NCBI GenBank assembly: GCA_030431255.1
Contig: JAUIJL010000034.1
Span: 5,909-69,908 of the forward strand
Direction: 5' to 3'
Length of the DNA stretch: 64,000 nucleotides
From: Thermoanaerobaculia bacterium
GTDB lineage: Bacteria > Acidobacteriota > Thermoanaerobaculia > Multivoradales > J023
Shown here: positions 29,112 to 38,776 of the stretch, piece by piece
Position numbering within the stretch: the first letter of the stretch is position 1
Layout of the letters: every line of letters starts with the position of its first letter
The notes under the pieces: model-generated
Databases searched by the model: none
What the model saw: only the letters and a program-made list of their open reading frames with translations
Told to the model about the DNA's origin: nothing
Translations under genes and position numbers: made by a program

Positions 29112-31493
29112 ATGGCGAGGCCGGGAAAGTCAGTCAGGTCAGAAAATTCAGTGAGGTCGGCGAAGGCAGGTGGCGACAGCGCAGGAAAAGCTCTGCGCCC
29201 TTGGTGGGTTTGGCTCGGGGCTCTGCTGACCTCGGCGTGGCTCTTGCGGGCGCTCCACGGGTTCGGAGGAGCGGGCGCCCACGACCTACGAGGTTATGGC
29301 TCGGACTTGGCGATGGCGTGGCTGTGGCTGGTGCTCGGCGCGTGGGCCTTCCGGAAATTCTGGTTGGGGCTGTCGGCTGCGCTGCTTTGGACGGCGATTC
29401 AGGTGGCCGCCTACGAGCATTTGACGGCGTTGGGCGCGCTGCCACGTCTGGCCAATATCCACTACCTTTGGGATCCGATGTTTTTTCGCGGCTCGGTGAT
29501 GCCGACCCTCTCAGCGCCCGCGACTTTGGGCATGTTGGGGCTGACCGCGGTCGCCGCCTGGATCGCCTACCGATTGAATCGCGGACGGTTGACCGCCGGC
29601 GGCTGGGCGCCTTGGATCATCGGTGTGGCTCTGGCGATCGTTTTGGGTCTGTGGCCGATCTCTGAGCACGCTCCGGGTTGGCGGCAGGCCAACGCCGTAG
29701 AGCTGGGGCTCAGGGAGCTGGGCGGTGGGCTCGTGGGCGCCGGCGGGACCTCCGAGACGACGGTGGATCCGCGGATCGGTGCCGAGCTGCCGCCGGACGA
29801 CACGGGGCCGGATCTTTCAGGTCGCCTCCTGCTGCCGAGAGCCGAGGGCAAGAACGTGCTGTTGATCTTGGTGGAGAGCCTCGGTGGCGGGGCCTTTCCG
29901 TCGTTGCTCGAATCCCAAGGCCTTGACGAGCCCGGTCTCTTGCCCCAAACCGACGCGCTTTTCCGCCGGGGCTGGGTATATTCCAACTTCATCAGCATGC
30001 AGCGACAGACCCAACGGGGCACCTATGCCTTGCTCTGTGGTCGCGCGCCCCGTCTGGCCGGTGGGCTGTCGAAGATGACCGAGCTGATCAAACAGCGGGG
30101 CGAGGAAGTGCTCGATTGCTTGCCGGAGCGGCTGCGTCGCGCCGGTTATCAAACCGCCTATTTGCAGGCGGCCCACCTGCCGTTTTCCCTCAAGGACCAA
30201 TTCATGCCCAAGGCGGGTTTCGAGCGGATCCTCGGCGAGCGTTGGTTTACGGACGCCCACATCTGGGGCAAATGGGGCGTGGACGATAGGACATTTTTCG
30301 AAGGCGCTTTGCAGACCGTGGAAGAGATGGACGCGGAGCCACAGCCCTACTTCCTCACCCTGCTGAATGTCGGCACCCACCATCCCTATGCCGTGCCCGA
30401 AGATCACGAGTCGTCCCATGAGAAGCATTCATTCCCTTGGTCCATGTCGTACCTCGACGGTCAATTGGTGGATTTCTTGGGGCAGCTCAGGGATCGCGGC
30501 TTGCTTGACGATACGGTGGTGGTGCTGACCTCGGACGAAGCGGTGGGCCTGGATCGGGGACAGGGTGATGCTGCCCAGATGCTGGATCAGGCCTGGGGTT
30601 TCCTCGGGGTGCTGACCCCCGACGGCAGCAGCGGCTGGGTGACGGAGCCCTACGCCCAAAGCGATCTACCGCTTTCCTTGCTCGATCTGCTCGGCGTGGC
30701 GTCGGACCTGCCGGACGATGGGGATTCGCTGCCGTTTTCGGGCCGCAGCGCATTCCGTGAATACAGCAAGCCGCGCACCCTGGCATTCGGCAATGTGTTC
30801 TTGAATCGGGTCGCGGGCGTCGGGCTCGACGGTCGGCTCTACGGCTGTAAAGTGGACGCTTCGGAATGCACGAAATGGCGCGTGCCGGCGGGCAAGCTCT
30901 TCTCCGACGAGAGGTCCGAGGAGCCGATCGCCGACGGCGAGCTGGGTTTCCTCTTTCGCCACGTACAGTCGAGTGATCGCTTGCCGAGATCCAGTCGGAG
31001 CCAGGGTTTCGGCTCGCGGTCCAACGGTGCAAAACCGATCGCTTACGAATTCGGATTGGCGCGTTTGACGTCGATCTCATCTTCCGACGCGTTTCTTTCC
31101 GAACGACCTTGGATCTTCGACGGACAGCGGTATACCGTGCCTCCGAGGTCTTTGGTGGAGGTCGATGTGCAAGTGAAGCTGACCGGTTCTTCGCCGGATG
31201 GGATCCGAGCCCGTCAGGAGCTGATGGTGGCCGACGGGCCGGTCCTCTTCGGCGAGGAAGCGTCGTTGATCGATGGGCAAAGCGTGCGGTTCCATGCCGT
31301 TTATCGGGTGGGGGAGGAGCCGCTACGGCGATTCGAGTGCCGGTTCGGGGTGGTCGACCGCGGAAAAGGGTCCTGGAAATTGACCTTTGAGCGGGCTCGA
31401 TTGCGAATCACGCCTTTGGTCGGTGAGCAGGGTGCTGGATCGGCGGATGGTGTTTTAGTGAGCGGCAGCGCGAGCGTCCGAGGAGGGAGCTGA
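29112..31493 (+). CDS. LTA-synthase/sulfatase-like membrane enzyme (alkaline phosphatase superfamily)
   Basis: About five N-terminal TMs; NVLLILVES, QT, GTHHPY, TSDE and SDLP motifs. Confidence 0.75.
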   Translation: MARPGKSVRSENSVRSAKAGGDSAGKALRPWWVWLGALLTSAWLLRALHGFGGAGAHDLRGYGSDLAMAWLWLVLGAWAFRKFWLGLSAALLWTAIQVAAYEHLTALGALPRLANIHYLWDPMFFRGSVMPTLSAPATLGMLGLTAVAAWIAYRLNRGRLTAGGWAPWIIGVALAIVLGLWPISEHAPGWRQANAVELGLRELGGGLVGAGGTSETTVDPRIGAELPPDDTGPDLSGRLLLPRAEGKNVLLILVESLGGGAFPSLLESQGLDEPGLLPQTDALFRRGWVYSNFISMQRQTQRGTYALLCGRAPRLAGGLSKMTELIKQRGEEVLDCLPERLRRAGYQTAYLQAAHLPFSLKDQFMPKAGFERILGERWFTDAHIWGKWGVDDRTFFEGALQTVEEMDAEPQPYFLTLLNVGTHHPYAVPEDHESSHEKHSFPWSMSYLDGQLVDFLGQLRDRGLLDDTVVVLTSDEAVGLDRGQGDAAQMLDQAWGFLGVLTPDGSSGWVTEPYAQSDLPLSLLDLLGVASDLPDDGDSLPFSGRSAFREYSKPRTLAFGNVFLNRVAGVGLDGRLYGCKVDASECTKWRVPAGKLFSDERSEEPIADGELGFLFRHVQSSDRLPRSSRSQGFGSRSNGAKPIAYEFGLARLTSISSSDAFLSERPWIFDGQRYTVPPRSLVEVDVQVKLTGSSPDGIRARQELMVADGPVLFGEEASLIDGQSVRFHAVYRVGEEPLRRFECRFGVVDRGKGSWKLTFERARLRITPLVGEQGAGSADGVLVSGSASVRGGS

Positions 31494-31495
31494 GG

Positions 31496-33163
31496 ATGGC
31501 GGAGACGAAGGCAAGGCTAACGTCCGGATTGGATCCCAGGTGGATCCCGGCTTCGGTGGCGGCGGGTCTCGCGGCGATCTTTATCTACCGGTTCAGCCAA
31601 CACCTCTTTCTCTCCGACGACGCCTTCATCAGCTTTCGCTACAGCCGGCATTGGGTCGAGGGTTTGGGTCTGGTGTGGAATCCGGGCGAGAAAGTAGAGG
31701 GCTATACCAATTTTCTGTGGATGGCCCTGATGGCGGCCGGCCTTCAGCTTGGAATCGAGCCGGAGATATTCGCGCCCTTGATGGGGCTGTTGTCGGGTCT
31801 GGGTGTGCTGTTCCTGGTCTCCAAGCTCAGCCCGCCGGAATCCCATTGGCGTTGGCTGACGCCGGGCCTGCTGGTCACCAACTATTCCTTCATCGCGTGG
31901 TCGTCCGGTGGGCTGGAGACCCAGATGTTCTCGTTCTGGGGTTTAGCGACCGTGGTGCTGGCGGTGAGCGGGGCTCATCCCTGTCTTTTCGGCCTGTGTG
32001 GAGCGGCGGCGGTTTTGACCCGCCCGGAGGGTTTGCTGTGGGCCGGCGCCGCCGGTCTTTGCTGGCTGATCGACCTGTGGCGACGGCAGATGTCGTGGCG
32101 TCGCGCGGTTTGGTTTCCGGTCGCTTTCGTCACGCCGGTGGCCACGCACCTGCTGTGGCGTGTCGACTATTACGGCTTTTGGCTTCCCAACACCTTCTAC
32201 GCCAAAGTCGGTGGCACCGAGTGGGCCGACGGTTGGACCTACCTCTCCTATTTCCTGAGCGAATATCGGATCGAGCTGTTATTACCTTTCGCGCTCTTGG
32301 CCCTACGCCATCCCGTCACGGAGGGTTCGGCAGGCTTGAGCTGCCGATGGACCCGCTCCATCTTGATCTCCGCCTTGATCGTTGGGGTTTACGGCGTTTA
32401 CGTGGTTTCCGTGGGCGGCGACTTCCTGGAATTCCGCTTCATGGTGCCGTGGCTGCCCTACTACTTTTTCTTGGTCGTGGCGGGCGCGCGGCAATGGTGG
32501 GTGTGGCTCGCGCCGGAACGGCTGGGCTGGTCTCCGCGGGTGGCGGGTACGGTGCTCGTGGCCTGGGTGGTGGTGTGGGCGGCCGCGGCTTGGGGCGAAA
32601 GCGAGGCCGAGCAACCCAGGGGGTTCGAGGCGGTGCCCGCCATCGGACACTATGCCAATTTCCGCACCGAGCAGGGGTTGATGCTCCGTCAGTGGGTGGA
32701 CGAAGGCCTGCTGCCGGAGGATTTCAGGGTGGTGACCGGCGGGGCCGGTGCCTTACCCTACTATTCCCGGCTTTACGTGCTCGATCGCAGGGGGCTGAAC
32801 GACGTCGAGGTCGCCCATTCCGACTACGTGCCCGGCAAGGGTTATGTGGGGCATCGGCGTTGGGCCTCGCCGGGCCTGATCCGGCGCCGGGAGATGACCG
32901 CGGTGATCCTCGGCCATTTGATCGTCTACGACCGCCGGGTCACGACCCCCGACCAACAGCTCGAATTCGGTCTCGGCAAATGCGAGCAGTACTCGGCCGG
33001 CGCTGAGGTGCCTGAGGATCATTTACGCTTGGAATGTCGCTGGATGGACGAGAACCTTTATTTGCTCTTCGGCACCAATTTGGATCCGGCTGCTTTTCAG
33101 CGACAGATGGGACACCTGAGGCCGTGTTGGCCCGGTGGAATCCCGACTCAACCGTCGAAATAA
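31496..33163 (+). CDS. GT-C-fold membrane glycosyltransferase (arabinofuranosyltransferase AftB-like)
   Basis: DDAFISFRYS...WNPGEKVEGYTNFLW, GLET, TRPEG, PNTFYAK, GGD...RF and DRRGL. Confidence 0.7.
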   Translation: MAETKARLTSGLDPRWIPASVAAGLAAIFIYRFSQHLFLSDDAFISFRYSRHWVEGLGLVWNPGEKVEGYTNFLWMALMAAGLQLGIEPEIFAPLMGLLSGLGVLFLVSKLSPPESHWRWLTPGLLVTNYSFIAWSSGGLETQMFSFWGLATVVLAVSGAHPCLFGLCGAAAVLTRPEGLLWAGAAGLCWLIDLWRRQMSWRRAVWFPVAFVTPVATHLLWRVDYYGFWLPNTFYAKVGGTEWADGWTYLSYFLSEYRIELLLPFALLALRHPVTEGSAGLSCRWTRSILISALIVGVYGVYVVSVGGDFLEFRFMVPWLPYYFFLVVAGARQWWVWLAPERLGWSPRVAGTVLVAWVVVWAAAAWGESEAEQPRGFEAVPAIGHYANFRTEQGLMLRQWVDEGLLPEDFRVVTGGAGALPYYSRLYVLDRRGLNDVEVAHSDYVPGKGYVGHRRWASPGLIRRREMTAVILGHLIVYDRRVTTPDQQLEFGLGKCEQYSAGAEVPEDHLRLECRWMDENLYLLFGTNLDPAAFQRQMGHLRPCWPGGIPTQPSK

Positions 33164-35484
33164 CCGGCCACGTGGCGTAGGCGAACGCCGAGACCGCGGG
33201 CCTTGACGTTGACCTTGCGCCAGCTGCCGTCGCCCCGAGACGGGTCCGCGTAGTAGCCGATGGCGACTTGGTTTCGCAGGTCCTCGAGGATCTGGGTGAA
33301 GGCGTCGGTCACTTGATCCACGCCCGTAATCTCCACTACATCGCCACCGCTATCGTGAACGGTCCGTTCGAGCATGGAGAGCTGTTTTTGGGTTTCACCG
33401 ATCGGTCGCCAGCCCGTGGACGGCACGAAGTCCTTCTCGTGGTCCCTACCCTCCCGCAAGCGCAACCAATAGAGCTGGATTTGGCTCCGGCGGATGGCCT
33501 CGCGGACGGATTCCATAGGCACGGCGCTCATGATGTCGAAGCCGTCGGAGAGCACGATCACCACTTTGCGGCCGTGCTCGGGCTGAAGGGCGTCGGTGGA
33601 GAGGAATAGGAAGTCGAAGAGGGCGGTGCCGCCGCCCGCCGAGGTGCGATCCAGGCGCTCGGTCAGATCGTGGAGCGTGGCGTCTTCGGCGTTGACGAAG
33701 GAGCTGACCCCCCGCAGACGGTCGGCGGCGATCACCAATCGCGCGCGGTCGTGGGGTGTCATGCTCTGCATGAACGTTTTGGCGCCGGTCAAGGCGCTGG
33801 ACATACGCGGGCCGACCATGCTGCCGCTGGCGTCGATCAAGAGGGTGGCGGTGAACGGCACATCCCCTTGCTCGAAGGTGACGATCTTCTGTTCCTTCCC
33901 CTCATCAAAAACCTGTAGATCCGAGGCCTTGAGCTTCAAGCCCTTTCGACCGAAGCGCGAGGGGGTCACGTAGAGCTCGGTCAGCTCCAGGTCCAGAGTT
34001 TCGTCGACCCGGATCGGTTGGCCCGTGGTTTCGTCGTAGTAGACCTGCCGGCTCGTTTCGATCGCCGGTCGGTGCTCCGTGGGTTGGTTGGCGGGACCGT
34101 CCGCCGTCGGCAGAATGGGGTCCTTGACCTTTTTCACGTAGCTCGCCCGGACCGCGGTGCCAGTGGACGCAGGCGAGGCATCGCCGGTCGGCTCCTCCGC
34201 GACCTCTGCCACTTGAGGGGGGGCGTCGAGCGGTAAGAGCCTTCGCCACAAACCCGCACACCGAGACGAGCCGCTTTGTTCTCCCGCTTGAAGGCGTCGT
34301 GCACCCGCGCTCAAGGCCGGTGCACGGAAGCTCGCACGTTTCGCCAGCCGGGTGCGATTGGCTTCCATCTCGGGCAGGGGTCCTCGCAAATAGCGAAGGC
34401 GTGGGGTTTCGCCGAAGTCCGAGTCCCATGCGTCGAGCAGCGCGCGGCTGCGCGGATCGGGCCGGTGGGTGGCCCGCCGGTGGAGGTCGATCTCCATCAG
34501 CTCGAAACGTTTGTTTTTCGGATAGGTCGCTTGGGCCTGGTCCAAGATCTCGCCGGCCCGGCGCCACTTTTCGCGTTCCATTGCCAAGCGAGCCGCCTCC
34601 TGAAAAGCCACGTGGTGGACCCAATCCTCGATACGCGTGTGTCGTTCGATCAAGGTGTCGAGCAGCTCGGCGGCCTGATCTTCCTTGCCCTGTCGAGCGA
34701 GGTTGACAGCTAGGCGTAGGGTGATGTCCCCTTGCAGAGGTTTCAGTCGATGGAGGTGCTCCAGATCCCGGAGTGTCTTGCGATAGAAGCCACGCTTTTC
34801 GGAGATCATCGACCGCAGATAACGGGCTGCGATGTGGTCGTCCTCGTAGTTGACGGCCAGGTCGAGCGCGGAGTCGGCCGAGTCGAAGAGATTGAAGTAT
34901 CCGGAATCCCAGATCCGCTCAGCCATGTGGGTCAAAAAATCCGCCGCTTCCGAAAGCGCCTCCGGCGACCGCCCCGTGTCGTCCACATGGGCTTTCATCA
35001 AACCTTCGAGACGTCGGGCGTTGGCTTCGAGACGGCTGAAGTGTTTCCGGCCGAGGTCGTAATGCCAGGCGGAAAGGTGCAACATGGCGGCCGGCAGAAT
35101 CGCTCCCTGGCCGGAGGAGGCGATTCTCCTCAGGGACTCGTATTGCTCGCCAGAGAAGCATTTGTCGCTGTGGTAGAGCAAATACTCGTAGTGGGAGAGG
35201 AGCTGCACCTCGCCGATCCCCGGAGCGTCGGCCCAGCGCTCCAGAATACCCAAATAGGCGTCGCGTACGACCAGGGAGTCCTGACGGTAGGTGAGCGCTT
35301 GGTTGGCGTAGTAGTAATGCCAGAGGGCCACGGTCTCGTCGCTGGACGGTGGAATCTCTACGCTCTTCTTGGGCACCGATCTGATTGCCAAGAAGTCATT
35401 GCCTTGACCGGCAGCGTCTTCGGGAGCCGAGCCCATGATGCAAGCTGTGACGAGCAGACTGCTGAAGATCTTTGAGCAACGCAT
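33148..35484 (-). CDS. Exported TPR + VWA fusion protein
   Basis: Signal peptide; TPR region; C-terminal VWA with DASGS, GGTALFD, LSDG and AIGYY. Confidence 0.85.
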   Translation of the reverse strand: MRCSKIFSSLLVTACIMGSAPEDAAGQGNDFLAIRSVPKKSVEIPPSSDETVALWHYYYANQALTYRQDSLVVRDAYLGILERWADAPGIGEVQLLSHYEYLLYHSDKCFSGEQYESLRRIASSGQGAILPAAMLHLSAWHYDLGRKHFSRLEANARRLEGLMKAHVDDTGRSPEALSEAADFLTHMAERIWDSGYFNLFDSADSALDLAVNYEDDHIAARYLRSMISEKRGFYRKTLRDLEHLHRLKPLQGDITLRLAVNLARQGKEDQAAELLDTLIERHTRIEDWVHHVAFQEAARLAMEREKWRRAGEILDQAQATYPKNKRFELMEIDLHRRATHRPDPRSRALLDAWDSDFGETPRLRYLRGPLPEMEANRTRLAKRASFRAPALSAGARRLQAGEQSGSSRCAGLWRRLLPLDAPPQVAEVAEEPTGDASPASTGTAVRASYVKKVKDPILPTADGPANQPTEHRPAIETSRQVYYDETTGQPIRVDETLDLELTELYVTPSRFGRKGLKLKASDLQVFDEGKEQKIVTFEQGDVPFTATLLIDASGSMVGPRMSSALTGAKTFMQSMTPHDRARLVIAADRLRGVSSFVNAEDATLHDLTERLDRTSAGGGTALFDFLFLSTDALQPEHGRKVVIVLSDGFDIMSAVPMESVREAIRRSQIQLYWLRLREGRDHEKDFVPSTGWRPIGETQKQLSMLERTVHDSGGDVVEITGVDQVTDAFTQILEDLRNQVAIGYYADPSRGDGSWRKVNVKARGLGVRLRHVAGYFDG

Positions 35485-35660
35485 GCGTGGTGATTATGCG
35501 AAATCCCTGCCGGCAACATCAGGCCTTATCTAGCGGCAAGGTTGGTTCTTCCGTCTCCTCGCAGAGACGCGAGTGTCCGTCGAGGACGACGGCTGGGATC
35601 GAGGATCTGGCTTCGAGGACGGGACGGATCAGTCCGCCGGATAGGCAGTCCCTCGGAGAG

Positions 35661-36188
35661 TCAGCCCGCCGGATAGAAGGTGTCGTGGTAGCGCGCGATG
35701 CCCGAAAGGCGAGACGGGTCGCTGTCCATGGGGTGGATCATGAAGTGGTCGTCCGGCACATCGGGGAAGTCGGATCGTACGCCCAGGGTCGAGGCTTGGA
35801 GGAAGCCGAATCTCGGGTAGTAGCTGGGGTGCCCCAAGACGATCACGAAAGGTACCTTTTCCGTCCGTAAGCGTTGGATCCCATCTCGGATCAGCTGGGA
35901 CCCTACTCCCCCTTGTTGCCGATCGGGTAAGACCGAGACCGGTGCCATGCCCATGCCGATCCTTGGCGGGTCTTGTCCATTGTCGAGGGTCGCTCGGGTG
36001 AAGAGAGCATGTCCGACGATGGAACCGTCCAGCTCAGCCACCAAGGAGAGGCTTTGGTCGCAGGAGGCGCGAAGCGTGTCCACCAGCTCGGCTTCGCCGT
36101 GGTGGCCGAGCTCGCTTTGGCTGAAAGCACGCTCGACCACCCGGTGAATCTGAGGGATATCGTGGGATGTCTCAGGCCGAATGATCAT
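35661..36188 (-). CDS. GNAT N-acetyltransferase (YhbS-like)
   Basis: MIIRPE...EAELVDTLR, PVSVLPDRQQGGVGSQLI and VLGHPSYYPRFGF. Confidence 0.9.
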   Translation of the reverse strand: MIIRPETSHDIPQIHRVVERAFSQSELGHHGEAELVDTLRASCDQSLSLVAELDGSIVGHALFTRATLDNGQDPPRIGMGMAPVSVLPDRQQGGVGSQLIRDGIQRLRTEKVPFVIVLGHPSYYPRFGFLQASTLGVRSDFPDVPDDHFMIHPMDSDPSRLSGIARYHDTFYPAG

Positions 36189-36213
36189 CTGAGGTCTCGG
36201 ATAGGCGGTCTTC

Positions 36214-38673
36214 TCAATCGTGCCGTAGGGCGGTCATGGGGTCGACACGGGTGGCTCTCTGGGCCGGCACGGCGATGGCGACAAACGCGGTGGCCAGCAG
36301 GAGGATGCCGACCTTGAGCACGATCGACGGCTCGGTGCCGGACATGCCGTAGAGGATACCGGAAAGGGCTTTGCCCACGGCTAATCCGGCGGCGAGACCG
36401 AGGCCGAGACCGACGACCACCAGGGTCAAACCTCGACCCAGGAGATGCCGGAAGATGTCGGCGCCCGCGGCACCCAGAGACATCCGGATGCCGATCTCGT
36501 GGGTGCGGCGGGCCACGGCGTGGCTGAGCAACCCGAAGAGGCCGATGGCGGCGAGCACCAGGGCCAGACCACCGAAGAGGCTCACCAGCTTGGCGCCGGC
36601 TCGGGCCGGCATCAACGAGGCGTCGAGATGTTGGTCCATGGTGCGGACGTTGTAGACGGCGACTTGAGGATCGAGCTCGGCGATGATCGACCGGACGGCG
36701 GGCTCGAGGGCCGTCGGCGAGCCTTCGGTGCGGATATGGAGTTGCTGCTTGGGCTCCCAGGCTTGGCGCATGGAGATGTAAACGTGGGGTTTGGCGGCCT
36801 CCCGGCGGCTCAGATATTTGCCGTTGGCCACGATTCCGATCACCTCTCGCCAAGCGCCGCTGGTCCAGAGTCGGCTACCCAGGGCGTTGCCGTCCTTCCA
36901 GAATCGGTCCGCCAGGGCTTGGTTGATCACCACCACCGGAGCACCCTCGGCGTTGTCGTAACCCTCGAAGCCACGGCCTTGGAGCACGGGGATGCCCAAG
37001 GTCTCGAAATATCCGTCGGAGACCACGTTGTACTCCGGATTCATACGCTCGCCTTCGGCGGGGGTATAACCCTCCACATCGATGGTTTGTTGTTGGCTGC
37101 TGAAAAGGGTCAAGGGCGCGACCTCGCCGAAAGAAACACTGGTCACACCCGGCAAAGCCGCGGCTTTCTCCCGCACTCGATCGAGAAAGGCCAGGCCGGA
37201 AGCGTCGTCGTAGCCGTGCAGGGAGGGATCCATGGCCGCCAGCAATAGGCCTTCGGATTGGAAACCCAAGTCCACGGAGCGCTCGTTTTCCAGCGAGCCC
37301 AAGAAGAGGCCGGCGGTGATCAACAACATCATGGAAACAGCGACCTGGAAAGCGACCAGCAGACGTCGCACGGGAATCCTCGGCTTGCCGATGGAGCTGG
37401 TGCCTCGCTCGCCCTTGAGCACCGGCACCAGATCCGGGCGGGTGGCCTGCAGGGCAGGCAGCAAGCCGAACAACAGGCCGGTGAGCAAGGTCAGGCCGAG
37501 GGAGAAGAGGAATACCCCGAGGTCGGGCGCGGTGTCGACCACCACGGGCATGCCGCCGATCAATGGGGCTTTGGCGGCGAAAGCTCGAGTCGCGCCGAGG
37601 GCCAAGAAGCTGCCGAGCACGCCGCCGATGGACGCCAGGGTGACGCTCTCCACCAGCAGCTGGCGCACCAAACGCATGCGTCCCGCGCCGATGGCGAGGC
37701 GGATGCCGATCTCCTTTTGCCGCTCCTCGGCACGGGCCAACAGCAGCCCCGCGACGTTGGCGCAGGCGATCAAGAGCACCGCGCCCACCAGCCCGAGCAT
37801 GGCCCAGGAGCTGAGGTCGATCGCTTTCTTGACATCGGGAGGCAGAGGCGAGACTCCGGCGTGCACGTCGACGCCCCAACCCTCGTTTCGATCCGGATAT
37901 CTCTCCTTTAGCGCCGCCACGGAGACGTTCAACCGCGATTGTGCCTGCTCGATGCCGACGCCGTCGGGCAAGCGAGCGGCGGTCATCAACCAGCCGGAGC
38001 CACGGGAATCCAAGACGGTGTCCTTGGCCGGCTGCAAGACGGGCTGCATTTGGAGGGGAATCCACAGGTCGAGGATCATGCCCGGAAAGGTGCCCTGCCA
38101 TTGGGGCTGGGTCACGCCGATCACGGTGAACGGCTCGCTGTTGATCAGGATCTTTTTGCCGACCACCGCCGGATCAGCCCCGAATCGCAGCCGCCAGAGA
38201 CGATCACCGATCACCGCGACCGGGTGCCCGGAGCGGATTTCGTCTTCCTCCGGGCCGAACACCCGTCCGAGGGCCGCGGACACTCCCAGGGTGTCGAAGT
38301 AGTTGCCGCTGGCGACCACCGTCGGTAGGCGCTCGTGGTGACCGTCGATGGAGACGTTCGCCGGCAGCACGCCGTAGGCGGCGATGTTCTCAAAGGCGGG
38401 CGCATCGGATTGACCGTTGAGGTCCCGCAGGTCCGCGTAGTTGGGGTAGGAGAGGCTCGCCAGGTTGAAACCCGGGTAGGTGCCGTAAAGGCGAGCCAGC
38501 CGCTCGGGCTCCTGCACGAAAGGCTCGCGCAGGGTGACGGCGTTGACCAGGGTGAACACGGAAGCGTTCAATCCGATCGCCAGGGTGGCGCAGATCACTA
38601 CCAGCACGCTGGTGCGCGGGCGGTGCAGAATTTGTCGAAAGGAAAATCGAATATCGCGCAAGAGATCGTCCAT
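36214..38673 (-). CDS. ADOP-type duplicated MacB/FtsX-like ABC permease, with no ATPase partner here
   Basis: DIRFSFRQ, ACANVAGLLLAR...EIGIRLAIGAGR, second RTHEIGIRMSLGA, terminal RATRVDPMTALRHD. Start placed at ATG 38673. Confidence 0.9.
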   Translation of the reverse strand: MDDLLRDIRFSFRQILHRPRTSVLVVICATLAIGLNASVFTLVNAVTLREPFVQEPERLARLYGTYPGFNLASLSYPNYADLRDLNGQSDAPAFENIAAYGVLPANVSIDGHHERLPTVVASGNYFDTLGVSAALGRVFGPEEDEIRSGHPVAVIGDRLWRLRFGADPAVVGKKILINSEPFTVIGVTQPQWQGTFPGMILDLWIPLQMQPVLQPAKDTVLDSRGSGWLMTAARLPDGVGIEQAQSRLNVSVAALKERYPDRNEGWGVDVHAGVSPLPPDVKKAIDLSSWAMLGLVGAVLLIACANVAGLLLARAEERQKEIGIRLAIGAGRMRLVRQLLVESVTLASIGGVLGSFLALGATRAFAAKAPLIGGMPVVVDTAPDLGVFLFSLGLTLLTGLLFGLLPALQATRPDLVPVLKGERGTSSIGKPRIPVRRLLVAFQVAVSMMLLITAGLFLGSLENERSVDLGFQSEGLLLAAMDPSLHGYDDASGLAFLDRVREKAAALPGVTSVSFGEVAPLTLFSSQQQTIDVEGYTPAEGERMNPEYNVVSDGYFETLGIPVLQGRGFEGYDNAEGAPVVVINQALADRFWKDGNALGSRLWTSGAWREVIGIVANGKYLSRREAAKPHVYISMRQAWEPKQQLHIRTEGSPTALEPAVRSIIAELDPQVAVYNVRTMDQHLDASLMPARAGAKLVSLFGGLALVLAAIGLFGLLSHAVARRTHEIGIRMSLGAAGADIFRHLLGRGLTLVVVGLGLGLAAGLAVGKALSGILYGMSGTEPSIVLKVGILLLATAFVAIAVPAQRATRVDPMTALRHD

Positions 38674-38714
38674 GGGGGTCTCCGAAGATGGTTTCAGCCG
38701 TGCTCCTCGAATAA

Positions 38715-38741
38715 GACGTAGATGAGCAGCCATTTGTTTCA
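38715..38741 (-). promoter_or_regulatory. Candidate ECF sigma promoter of the permease
   Basis: Minus strand TGAAAC-N17-CGTC, about 40 nt upstream of ATG 38673. Confidence 0.45.
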
Positions 38742-38776
38742 GGGTTTGTCACACCCGAGGTGCTCGGAGCGCCGCC

